Shown piece by piece: positions 1 through 8,493 of a DNA stretch of 64,000 nt (position 1 is the first letter of the stretch; each line of letters starts with the position of its first letter). Position numbers and translations under genes: made by a program. Origin of the DNA: Edaphobacter sp. (GTDB lineage Bacteria > Acidobacteriota > Terriglobia > Terriglobales > Acidobacteriaceae); the NCBI GenBank assembly GCA_039922475.1, contig JBDTEQ010000069.1, positions 549 through 64,548 on the forward strand, given 5' to 3'. The notes under the pieces are model-generated. The model did not search any database, had not been told where the DNA came from, and saw only the letters and a program-made list of their open reading frames with translations.

Positions 1-291
1 GCTGCCTTCCAATGCTTTGTTCAGCTTTGGCGAGTGGAACAGGATTCGAGTCAGCAGCCAGTTGATCGCCAGTAACGAGAACGCGCCGATGACTCCGCCT
101 GAAATCGAGTTGTCATCGCCGATCATCGCATTCTGCACGGTGTTCGACAGGCTGAGCAGAACCACCAGATCGAAGGGGTTCAACTGCGCAAGCTCCCGCT
201 TTCCGAACAATCGCAGAAAGCCGATCAGAAAAAGGTAGACGATCATCGGGCGAAGAATCTTTTCAAGCACAGGCAAATGCAGATGAAACAT
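1..291 (-). CDS. DUF421/YetF-family membrane protein, 5' part only (gene runs off the window start)
   Basis: Minus-strand ATG at 289-291, open to position 1: MFHLHLPVLEKILRPMIVYLFLIGFLRLFGKRELAQLNPFDLVVLLSLSNTVQNAMIGDD... The GKR.L.QL.PFDLV motif and hydrophobic N-terminus are typical of YetF/DUF421. Absent from the ORF track because there is no stop in the window. Confidence 0.65.
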   Translation of the reverse strand, partial: MFHLHLPVLEKILRPMIVYLFLIGFLRLFGKRELAQLNPFDLVVLLSLSNTVQNAMIGDDNSISGGVIGAFSLLAINWLLTRILFHSPKLNKALEGS

Positions 292-331
292 ACTCTCGAT
301 CAAGACAGTCTCCTTCGTGACTTCACAACTT

Positions 332-1303
332 TCAGGCGTAGCGCCTCTGATGCCACTCCCACGCGCTGGCGATGATCTGGTCCAGTTGCGCAAACTTCGG
401 CTTCCATCCCAGCTCGGCCTTGATCTTCTCCGAACTCGCCACCAGTACCGCCGGATCGCCCGGCCTTCGCGGACACTCTTCCACGGCGATGGGCTTGCCG
501 GTCACGCGGCGCACCGACTCGATCACCTCCAGCACAGTGAACCCCTGACCGTTGCCGATGTTGTAGATCAACCTGCTCCTCGACTCGCTCAATGCGCCCA
601 GAGCAAGTAGATGTGCCTCCGCGAGATCGCGCACATGAATGTAGTCGCGGATGCAGGTGCCGTCCTTGGTGGGATAATCCTTCCCGAAGATCTTGATGTT
701 CGCCCTGCGACCCAGCGCGACATCGAGAATTAGAGGAATCAAATGTGACTCCGGCTCATGTGCCTCGCCGTAGCCTTCGATCGCACCGGCGACATTGAAG
801 TAGCGCAGGCTTGCATAGCGCAGGCCGTGGCTTACATTCATCCAGCGCAGCATCTGTTCGACGAGCAGTTTGCTTTCGCCATAGGGATTTGTCGGTGCGA
901 GCTTCGCGTCTTCGAGGATTGGTGTGGACTCCGGTTCACCATAGCAGGCCGCGGTAGAACTGAAGACCAGACGATTATGCCCGGTTGCCAGCATTGCCTC
1001 CAGCAGCGTCAAGGTCGCGGCAGTGTTATTCCGAAAATAAATCTCCGGCACTTTCATGCTTTCGCCGGCCTCGATCAGTGCCGCAAAGTGCATGATTCCA
1101 TCGAAGCGTCCGATGCTTAGCGTCCTCTCCAGCAGAGCGCGATCGGCGACCTCTCCCTCCACAAATTCCGCTTGAGGTGCAACGGCTAACCGCTTGCTGT
1201 GGCAAAGGTTGTCGTATACCGTCACGGCGTGCCCTTCGGCGAGCAAAAGACGGGTCACCGTGCCCCCGATATAACCCGCGCCGCCAGTCACCAGAATCCT
1301 CAT
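332..1303 (-). CDS. galE: UDP-glucose 4-epimerase
   Basis: 323-aa ORF. N-terminal Rossmann motif MRILVTGGAGYIGG and catalytic YGESK (YxxxK). Full-length GalE-like layout. Confidence 0.9.
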   Translation of the reverse strand: MRILVTGGAGYIGGTVTRLLLAEGHAVTVYDNLCHSKRLAVAPQAEFVEGEVADRALLERTLSIGRFDGIMHFAALIEAGESMKVPEIYFRNNTAATLTLLEAMLATGHNRLVFSSTAACYGEPESTPILEDAKLAPTNPYGESKLLVEQMLRWMNVSHGLRYASLRYFNVAGAIEGYGEAHEPESHLIPLILDVALGRRANIKIFGKDYPTKDGTCIRDYIHVRDLAEAHLLALGALSESRSRLIYNIGNGQGFTVLEVIESVRRVTGKPIAVEECPRRPGDPAVLVASSEKIKAELGWKPKFAQLDQIIASAWEWHQRRYA

Positions 1304-1663
1304 CGTTTCTCCTCGCTTCTGCTCCTAGTTGGATACCACAAAAGTACCAGTGTCAATCACTTACGCTTACGGCAATATACTTGCAGTAGAGAAGAGCAGC
1401 GCACCGGCACATGAACGAGATGTGACTCCCCAGAAGCACGGTGCCTGCTACAACCTTTTTCTTCGCGGCTTGCGTCTGTCTTAGAGAACCAAGCGCAACT
1501 TCCGCGACCTTCCCCTGGTTGTACAAGTAGTCGGGTCCGAGAACCAGGTTCGATCTAATACTACGGCGCTCTTCGGAGTTGATCTCCAACGTACCGGTTC
1601 TGGCAGGTTGCCATCGCCGGTTTCGATATCCCGCCTCCGGAAAGGGGCCTTCAAGGATTTTCT

Positions 1664-2758
1664 ATGGCAAAGCCGCTTCGCACCGACGATCCCCACCCGC
1701 AGAGCATGCAATTCGCACACTTCGGCGTTCTCAACGATGGGAACCAGAGCAAGAGTTCGCTCTTCACCTCCATCGCATTGAACATTGTCCTCGCCCTGTG
1801 CGCAATCATCATCGGAGCGGCCGCAAAGAAGACGATCGATAACCGCATCAAGCTCACGCATCTTGACGAGCCGATTCCTCTGAAAAAGCCTGACGAACCG
1901 CCGCCGGTCAAGATCAAGCCGCCTAAACTTCCCCCTCTGCCGCCTGTCGCTAAGATCGAGCCGCCCAAGATCAAGTTGCCGGACGTGAAGCTTCCGGACG
2001 TTCCCAAACCGCCAGAGATCAAGATGGTCCAGCCGATGCCGGTGATTCTTCCCGCGCCTCCCAAACTCGTTCAGCCTCCTCCGGCCCCTAAGGTTGTCAG
2101 TCTCGCCCAGGCAATGCCTGCATCGGTGCCGAACAACTCTCCGCATCCGACAGCCGTTGCGCTCGGCTCCACATCCAACCCCATTGCCGTTTCAAACCGA
2201 ACTTCCGCTACCGCCATCAATCTTGGCAACAAGGGAATGTCGGGCATGCCGCCCTCCAATAATGGCGCTGGAGCACAATCTACCGTTGTCAACCTTGGTT
2301 CCGGCTCTCCCAACGGGGAGAACATGAGAGGCCGGGGCGCTGTAGCCGTTGCGGGCGTCAAACTTGGAGTCGCTGGAGGTACCGGTCCGAACAATGCAGT
2401 AGGCCGTGTAGCCGGTCCCGTCAATCTCGGACAGAACACGCCGCCTCCAATGCCGCATCCCATGGGGGCTTCCTCTATAACCGCGAAGAGCGGACCCAAG
2501 GTTCTCTATAAACCCAAGCCAGAGTACACCGCGGAGGCCATCAAGCTTCATATCGAAGGCACCGTTTCGGTTCGGCTTCGTGTCTCTTCTACTGGCGCCG
2601 TCCAGGTATTGGGCGTCACCAGCGATCTTGGTCATGGTCTCGGCAATTCGGCAGTTCGTGCCGTCGAAGCCACTCGATTTAAACCTGCCACCGACGATAC
2701 GGGACGCCCGGTCGATTGGGAAGGCGTCGTCAATGTCGCATTTCAACTGGCAGGGTAA
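1664..2758 (+). CDS. TonB-family energy transducer
   Basis: 364 aa. N-terminal membrane anchor (SLFTSIALNIVLALCAIIIGAA), long Pro/Lys-rich spacer (PPPVKIKPPKLPPLPP...), and a C-terminal TonB-like domain (KPKPEYTAEAIKLHIEGTVSVRLRVSSTGAV...RFKPA). Confidence 0.8.
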   Translation: MAKPLRTDDPHPQSMQFAHFGVLNDGNQSKSSLFTSIALNIVLALCAIIIGAAAKKTIDNRIKLTHLDEPIPLKKPDEPPPVKIKPPKLPPLPPVAKIEPPKIKLPDVKLPDVPKPPEIKMVQPMPVILPAPPKLVQPPPAPKVVSLAQAMPASVPNNSPHPTAVALGSTSNPIAVSNRTSATAINLGNKGMSGMPPSNNGAGAQSTVVNLGSGSPNGENMRGRGAVAVAGVKLGVAGGTGPNNAVGRVAGPVNLGQNTPPPMPHPMGASSITAKSGPKVLYKPKPEYTAEAIKLHIEGTVSVRLRVSSTGAVQVLGVTSDLGHGLGNSAVRAVEATRFKPATDDTGRPVDWEGVVNVAFQLAG

Positions 2759-2849
2759 CAAACATATTTTTGATTTTGTTGTTGCAGCATGCACTAGCAT
2801 CTAGTCCATATTAAGGCTGACCCTCGGGTCGCCGCAGGAGCCGTATATC

Positions 2850-4706
2850 ATGATTCTCGGGAAAAAGTCTATCGCCGGTCTAGCCCTGGCACTCTTCGTC
2901 GCAACAACTCTCCCAGCCGGAGCAAGCCTCCTGCACGGAAAGAAGAAGAAGGATGACGATGATCTCGCGACTTCGCGCAAACCCACAGCCGCGCAGAATG
3001 AGCTGATCAACAAGGCCATCCTCCGTGAAAAGGTCGTCGTTAAGACGATCAAGGAACGCGCACCGTTGGTGGAGACCTACATCCAGAACATGAAGCCCGA
3101 TCCCGTTCTGGGCCAGGTTCCCGAGTCCGACCAGCACTTTCTCAGCCGTGTCGACTTTAAAAGTGTCATTAATGACCAAACCTACGCGGTCAACAAGGAC
3201 ACGTCGACCGGAGCTACCGGCAGCAAGCTGGGATTCTTCAAGCACTCCCTCTCTACGGTCGCCAATCTCGGCGGCAGCCTTCACCTCACCTTCCATGAGG
3301 CTGGCTTCGTTCAGATGTTGCTGATGGATTCCAACAACTTTGACCGGCAGCACTACAAGTTCGGCTATGTGCGCAACGACTTCCTCGGCAACACTCCTAC
3401 CGCGGTCTTCGACGTGACCCCGATCTCGAGCAAGAAGGACTTCGGCCGCTTCTTTGGCCGCGTCTGGGTCGAGACCCGCAGCGGCAACGTCGTTCGCTTC
3501 AATGGCGATTTCGCCGGAACCCAGGAGGACCAGAAGGAGTTCTATCACTTCGACAGTTGGCGCACAAACGTTCAACCCGACCTTTGGCTGCCAACCTCGT
3601 TTTACGTTGAGGAGAGCGATCCCAAGAGTGTCTCCCGCACCCTCAAGTTCAAAGCCATTAACCACATCTGGGGCTACCTCCTGAAGGTTCCTCCGCCGGA
3701 GTCTGAAAACACCTCCATGGATGTCGTCGGCGCAACCGACGTCAGCAACGAGGCGCAGGACGTCAGCCCGCTCGGTGCCCAGCGCGCCTGGGTCCAGCAG
3801 GCTGAAGACAATATCGTCGAGCGCCTCTTCCAGGCTGGTCTTCTCGATGCGCCCAGCGAGTTCGACAAGACGCTGGAGGCCCTGGCGAACAATATTCTCG
3901 CCTACAACAACATCACACTCTCGAGGCCGATCCGCTGCCGTACGCTTCTGACCGAGCCTCTGGAGTCGCTCGCCATCGGCAACACGATCGTCATCTCCAA
4001 GAGCCTGCTCGATACCACCGGCGTAGTGACGCAGGATGGCGCACAGCAGATGGGCAACCTGAATGCGATTCTCGCCTTCCAGATCGCGCACATCATTCTT
4101 GCTCACCGGCTCGACACCAAGTACGCCTTCAACGATCGCCTGCTGTTCCCGTCAACGAGCGTGTTCAACCGCATCCCCATGCATCACACGGATGCCGACA
4201 ACACAGCGGCGGCCAAGAAAGCCATGGAGTTATTGAGCGCGAAGGAGCTGGAAGGCGGACAGCAGTACTTCAGCCTTTACCTGCAGCAACTGCAGCAGCG
4301 CGTCAAGAGCCTCAAGGCGCTCAATGAGCCCATGATCGGCGACGGCCTCGTCAAGAGCGACGATGATCCAACCTTCTGGATGGCGGCCATCGAATCCAAA
4401 GGACCCAAGCTCGACATGAAGGACCTCAAACAGCAGGCTGCAATGCCGCTGGCGAGCTTCCTGCGTTTCGACCCCTGGACCGATCAGGTGTTCGTCATGC
4501 ACACTGCGTTCGAGCCTCTGCTCACCGCAGCGGACAAGATGCCCTTCGAGGTTGAACCGGTTTATCTGAAGCTCAGCTACTATAAACCGCCAGTCGAGGC
4601 TGCTCCCGCACCTGCAACTGCTGCACCGGCTGCTGCTGACGCAACTGCTCCGGCAACTGCCGCAGCACCGGCAACTCCTCCACCAACAACGCCACAGCAG
4701 AACTGA
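2850..4706 (+). CDS. secreted M48-like (BepA/YfgC-type) domain protein with degenerate metal motif and an Ala/Pro-rich C-terminal tail
   Basis: 618-aa ORF with a signal-like N-terminus (SIAGLALALFVATTLPAGA). The segment GNTIVISKSLLD...LNAILAFQIAHIILAH resembles the M48 core, but HExxH is replaced by FQIAH. Confidence 0.7.
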   Translation: MILGKKSIAGLALALFVATTLPAGASLLHGKKKKDDDDLATSRKPTAAQNELINKAILREKVVVKTIKERAPLVETYIQNMKPDPVLGQVPESDQHFLSRVDFKSVINDQTYAVNKDTSTGATGSKLGFFKHSLSTVANLGGSLHLTFHEAGFVQMLLMDSNNFDRQHYKFGYVRNDFLGNTPTAVFDVTPISSKKDFGRFFGRVWVETRSGNVVRFNGDFAGTQEDQKEFYHFDSWRTNVQPDLWLPTSFYVEESDPKSVSRTLKFKAINHIWGYLLKVPPPESENTSMDVVGATDVSNEAQDVSPLGAQRAWVQQAEDNIVERLFQAGLLDAPSEFDKTLEALANNILAYNNITLSRPIRCRTLLTEPLESLAIGNTIVISKSLLDTTGVVTQDGAQQMGNLNAILAFQIAHIILAHRLDTKYAFNDRLLFPSTSVFNRIPMHHTDADNTAAAKKAMELLSAKELEGGQQYFSLYLQQLQQRVKSLKALNEPMIGDGLVKSDDDPTFWMAAIESKGPKLDMKDLKQQAAMPLASFLRFDPWTDQVFVMHTAFEPLLTAADKMPFEVEPVYLKLSYYKPPVEAAPAPATAAPAAADATAPATAAAPATPPPTTPQQN

Positions 4707-4825
4707 ACTTCAGAGCGTGGTCAGCCGATAGCCTTATACGGCTGTCCACGTTTTTTCACTGCCTGAGGCCAGTTTGCCTCAAAACATGAAACGCCGCACG
4801 TTTCAATTCCCAAGGAGGCACCCCG

Positions 4826-5368
4826 TTGAAGCGGCATATTCTTATCGGTTGGTTCGCCTGCGTCCTCGGTATAACCACCATGTCGCATGCTCAGGCGATC
4901 CCCACGGCTTCGCGCGTCAGTTCGATACAGGTTGGTGTTGGCGGCATGATCACCAGCCCCGACTACGCTCAGCAGCACATCAAAGGCGTGACACTCTACG
5001 GAGACTACAACTTCCAGCACAACATTGGAGTGGAGGGCGAGATACATTACTCCCTGATTACTCCGACTGACCTCAGCGAAAATACCTATCTGATCGGCCC
5101 GCGCTATGTTGTACGCCACAATAACTTCACCGGTTATCTCAAAGTGCTCGTTGGAATGGGTCGATTCGGAACCCAGGGAGGCAGCTTCGGAACCACCGCA
5201 ACCACCTCCTACACCGCGTATGCCTTCGGCGGCGGACTCGAATATATGGCACCCCACAATCTCAATGTCCGCATCTTCGATGTCGAACTCCAGAAGTGGC
5301 CCAGCTTTCCTACAAATGGCCTCTCACCGATCTCTTATTCGATCGGCGTCGCCTACGCCTTTCACTAG
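4826..5368 (+). CDS. small outer-membrane beta-barrel protein (OmpW/Opa-like porin family)
   Basis: TTG start 8 nt after AAGGAGG. Signal peptide MKRHILIGWFACVLGITTMSHAQA. Alternating beta-strand pattern with an aromatic C-terminus (IGVAYAFH). Confidence 0.75.
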   Translation: MKRHILIGWFACVLGITTMSHAQAIPTASRVSSIQVGVGGMITSPDYAQQHIKGVTLYGDYNFQHNIGVEGEIHYSLITPTDLSENTYLIGPRYVVRHNNFTGYLKVLVGMGRFGTQGGSFGTTATTSYTAYAFGGGLEYMAPHNLNVRIFDVELQKWPSFPTNGLSPISYSIGVAYAFH

Positions 5369-5479
5369 CCAACCCATTTTCATTGGAAATTTGCCCCGTT
5401 GCCTGAGGTGATTCAGCCTGACTCAGACTTTCTGCAATTACCTAATCCAATTTTTAGGGGAATATGCGTGCTGACAAGA

Positions 5480-6019
5480 ATGATCATCTTCCTTGGCCTG
5501 CTGGGCACAGCATCGATCATGCATGCTCAGGCCCTCCCAACCGGCTCACGTGCGGGAGATCTCAAGATCGGCGGCGGCTACTCAATCGCCAACTCGGACT
5601 ACGGCAACCGCTTTTACGGCGGAGCCGCTTACCTGAACTTCGATTTTCTCCCCCACATCGGCGTCGAAGGGGAGTTTCACTTCGTCAAGGAGAGTCCCAA
5701 CGACCTTTACGAGAAGACCTATGAAGCCGGTGGCCGCTACTTCCGCAACTACCGTCGATTCGCTCCCTACGCCAAGGGGATGTATGGGCGCGGCGTCTTC
5801 AACTTCCCTCCCCTGAGTAACGGAGCTCGAGCGAATCTTGCCTACAACCTGATCGCGGTCGGCATAGGCACCGACTACAAAGTAAACCCGTGGCTCTACG
5901 TCCGTGCCGACTTGGAGTACCAGCACTGGTTCGCCTTCCAGAACTCCAGCCTCTCACCCAGCGTTCTCACAGTGGGCGCAGCATACCGCTTCGGTACCCG
6001 TTCTCTTCGCAGCAGATAA
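5480..6019 (+). CDS. small outer-membrane beta-barrel protein, paralog of 4826..5368
   Basis: ORF track frame 5399..6019. The likely start is the internal ATG at 5480 (MIIFLGLLGTASIMHAQA signal). Shares the motif GVEGE(F/I)H with the neighbouring ORF. Confidence 0.7.
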   Translation: MIIFLGLLGTASIMHAQALPTGSRAGDLKIGGGYSIANSDYGNRFYGGAAYLNFDFLPHIGVEGEFHFVKESPNDLYEKTYEAGGRYFRNYRRFAPYAKGMYGRGVFNFPPLSNGARANLAYNLIAVGIGTDYKVNPWLYVRADLEYQHWFAFQNSSLSPSVLTVGAAYRFGTRSLRSR

Positions 6020-6021
6020 GA

Positions 6022-6045
6022 AAGCCCCGGTCAGCGCCGGGGCTT
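6022..6045. terminator. bidirectional hairpin between convergent OMP genes
   Basis: AAGCCCCGG-tcagcg-CCGGGGCTT, a 9-bp GC-rich stem. On the minus strand it is followed by a TTTCTT run. Confidence 0.6.
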
Positions 6046-6065
6046 CGAACTTTACTTCACTGCGG

Positions 6066-6671
6066 TTAGAAGTGGTACGCAATACCAATCGACGGGGTTG
6101 AGATAACCTCGTACCGGTTGGTATTGAACACACCGCCCGGAAGGCTGAAGCTCGGGGTCTTCACCAGAAAAGCGCGATACTCCGCCCGTATATCGAAGCT
6201 GGGACTCAGCTCATACGCCACGCCACCGCCAAACAGCGCGCCGATCGCTGTGGTCTGCCGCGCGTCCAGATCCGACGTCCCCACATCTTTCAACGGAGAG
6301 AAGATCATGGCACCAGGACCAGCTTCCAGGAACGGGTTGAAGTTCTTGAAGTTCAGATTGAAGACATACGCTCCGCTGATCTCCTGCTGCAGCGTATGGA
6401 TACCGCCGTTCTTCTTCCCAAACACCTGGTAGTACTGGGTATTCTGCTGATATCCGTAGTTGACCTCAAGAGCGCTTCGCGGTGTCAGCATGTAGCGATA
6501 GCTGGCCACGAGGCCGATCGTCATGCTTGTGTTCTTCTGCACGCTGTTTCCTGTGACCGCGGGAGCAAACGCCGCCGAACCGCTTATGCTCGCATCCTGC
6601 CGGCTCTCCTGCGCATAACCGGCCGCCGCAGATAACATCAGCGCGCCCAACAACAACATCGTCTTCTTCAT
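6066..6671 (-). CDS. outer-membrane beta-barrel protein, third paralog
   Basis: ORF track 6066..6731. The likely start is the ATG at 6671 (MKKTMLLLGALMLSAAAGYAQE signal). C-terminal SIGIAYHF is typical of OMP barrels. Confidence 0.75.
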   Translation of the reverse strand: MKKTMLLLGALMLSAAAGYAQESRQDASISGSAAFAPAVTGNSVQKNTSMTIGLVASYRYMLTPRSALEVNYGYQQNTQYYQVFGKKNGGIHTLQQEISGAYVFNLNFKNFNPFLEAGPGAMIFSPLKDVGTSDLDARQTTAIGALFGGGVAYELSPSFDIRAEYRAFLVKTPSFSLPGGVFNTNRYEVISTPSIGIAYHF

Positions 6672-6812
6672 TCTTAGCTGGATCCCTTCAAATTCGTCCG
6701 TAACTCTTTCGCCGTCCCGCAGGTAACGCAAGGTCAGGAATTACGGAGCGCCTTATTCACTGTTCTTCATTGTAACCGCACCCGCGCCGAAAGGGTGGCC
6801 GCTCACGCAAGA

Positions 6813-6842
6813 AGGCCGGAGGAGAAAGCTCCCCTCCGGCCT
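6813..6842 (-). terminator. hairpin downstream of the LTXXQ gene
   Basis: AGGCCGGAGG-N10-CCTCCGGCCT, a 10-bp stem about 35 nt after the stop of 6875..7336. A short T-rich tract follows on the minus strand. Confidence 0.5.
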
Positions 6843-6874
6843 GCTGCTCTTTGCGATTTATGGTATAGCGCGCA

Positions 6875-7336
6875 CTACAGTTGTGGCTTAGGAGGAGGAG
6901 GAGCACCCTGTCCGTCGCCGTGGTTCCCCCTGCGTTCTCGCATCTCGGCCTGTAGCGCGTCGAACTTCGTCTGTTGATCCGGTGTCAACAATGCGCGAAT
7001 CCTGCCTTGCGACGCCTTGCGAATCTCCATCATCTTCGCTCGCTTGTCGGGCCCTGCCGTCGAGGTGTCCTCACGCAGCGCCTTCATCTGGTTCCACGAG
7101 TCCGTGTCGATGGCCTTCACCTGGGTTACCTGGTCCGGCGTCAGGTTCAGCTTCTCGGTGAGAAACTCCACATGACGGCCTGGTCCGCCGCGCCCGCCAT
7201 GTTGTGGCCCAGCCTGATCCTGCGCTGTCGTCGCAGGAGGGTTCTGCGCCAACACCGGCAGTACAACCAGCGCCGTCGTACCCAGCGCCAGAACCGTTAC
7301 TTGCAGCATTGCGTTACGCAACGTTATTTTCTTCAT
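6875..7336 (-). CDS. periplasmic Spy/CpxP-like LTXXQ-motif protein
   Basis: 153 aa with a signal peptide. Two LTPDQ motifs (LNLTPDQVTQV, LLTPDQQTKF). Confidence 0.75.
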   Translation of the reverse strand: MKKITLRNAMLQVTVLALGTTALVVLPVLAQNPPATTAQDQAGPQHGGRGGPGRHVEFLTEKLNLTPDQVTQVKAIDTDSWNQMKALREDTSTAGPDKRAKMMEIRKASQGRIRALLTPDQQTKFDALQAEMRERRGNHGDGQGAPPPPKPQL

Positions 7337-7449
7337 CGGATTCTCACTCTCATGTTCATCATCTCGCCGGAGAGTGGCTCTCCGGTTGGGTCATCTAGTA
7401 ACTACAGACGCGCTTTTCCGAAAAATGTCTTCGTACCGCGAAAATTCGC

Positions 7450-8373
7450 TTACATGCCTCGTTCCGGCTGAAAACAGTACGGGTCCCCATGTGCCGCCGC
7501 ATACGCCTCCACCACCTTCAAAAACGCCAGCGCTGCGTGCGACAGACTCGCCTGTTTCCGATACACCAGCCGTAACTTACGCTCGATCTGCAGCTCGGGA
7601 ACCTGCACCCGCACCAGAGTGCCGCTCTCAAGCTCTGGCCGTACTGTCAACCCCGGAACCAGCGCCACACCGTTGCCCATCTGCACAAACCGCTTGATCG
7701 CTTCCAGCGACGGCAGCTCCACTCCCATCTGCAACGGCGTCTTATGCCGCTTGAACGTCTGGATCACCTTCTGCCGCTGGGGCGAGGGAATATTGTGAGC
7801 AATAAAGTTCTGCGCGCCCAACTGCCGGATCGACACCTTCTCCGCTCCAGCCAGCGGATGCCGCGGGTTCACCACAAACGCCAACTCATCCCGGTACACC
7901 ACCATCGACTTCACCTGCGTATCGTCGGGCCGGAACGACAATACTCCAAGCTCCACCGAGTGCATCAATACTTCATCGGAGATGCGGCTGGCCAGCGTCC
8001 GCTGCACCGCCAGCTTGATTCTCGGGTTCTGACGCCGAAACTCGTCCAGCAGCGGCAGCAGATAGAGACACGTGTACTCGTTCGCTGCCAGGTTCAGCCG
8101 ACCCCGGTGCAGCTCCCGCAGTTCAGTCAGCGCTCCCGTCGCTTCGTTACGTAGATTCAGCAACTTAGCCGCATACTCCCGCAGTACTTCGCCCGCGTCG
8201 GTCAGGGTTCCGTCGCGCGATGATCGTTCGAATAACACCTCCCCCAGTTCATTTTCCAGTTTTGCGATTGCCTGACTAACCGCTGGCTGAGTACGATGGA
8301 GCCGTGCCGCCGCTCGCGAAAAACTCCGTTCCTCCGCCACCGCCAGAAACGTCTCCATCTGGACTAAGTCCAA
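7450..8373 (-). CDS. LysR-family transcriptional regulator, divergent from the leu/ilv operon
   Basis: 307 aa. N-terminal wHTH (FLAVAEERSFSRAAARLHRTQPAVSQAIAKLE) followed by a LysR substrate-binding domain. Confidence 0.9.
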   Translation of the reverse strand: MDLVQMETFLAVAEERSFSRAAARLHRTQPAVSQAIAKLENELGEVLFERSSRDGTLTDAGEVLREYAAKLLNLRNEATGALTELRELHRGRLNLAANEYTCLYLLPLLDEFRRQNPRIKLAVQRTLASRISDEVLMHSVELGVLSFRPDDTQVKSMVVYRDELAFVVNPRHPLAGAEKVSIRQLGAQNFIAHNIPSPQRQKVIQTFKRHKTPLQMGVELPSLEAIKRFVQMGNGVALVPGLTVRPELESGTLVRVQVPELQIERKLRLVYRKQASLSHAALAFLKVVEAYAAAHGDPYCFQPERGM

Positions 8374-8425
8374 CTGTCACCTCGCTCGGAGCAGAATATA
8401 TCTGCCGAATATCGTAATTAGAATT

Positions 8426-8465
8426 TATGATAAACCTTCAACTCATCATAAGCATGCATTATAAT
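8426..8465 (+). promoter_or_regulatory. candidate LysR box (TATGAT-N13-ATCATA) plus TATAAT -10 hexamer upstream of leuA
   Basis: Perfect 6-bp inverted repeat at 8426-8431 and 8445-8450 in the AT-rich divergent intergenic region. TATAAT lies at 8460-8465, 29 nt before the leuA ATG. Confidence 0.35.
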
Positions 8466-8493
8466 CAAGTCCAGATCGAAAGAGTCAGCCACT

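Noticed and set aside
17-238. 73-aa plus-strand ORF at the window start
   Set aside because: The opposite strand encodes a convincing DUF421/YetF N-terminus starting at 291. The plus ORF has no recognisable features.
1353-1589. 78-aa minus-strand ORF in the galE/tonB divergent spacer
   Set aside because: No motif, several rare codons, a Cys-rich odd C-terminus, and a location in a likely promoter region. Coding status cannot be supported from sequence alone.
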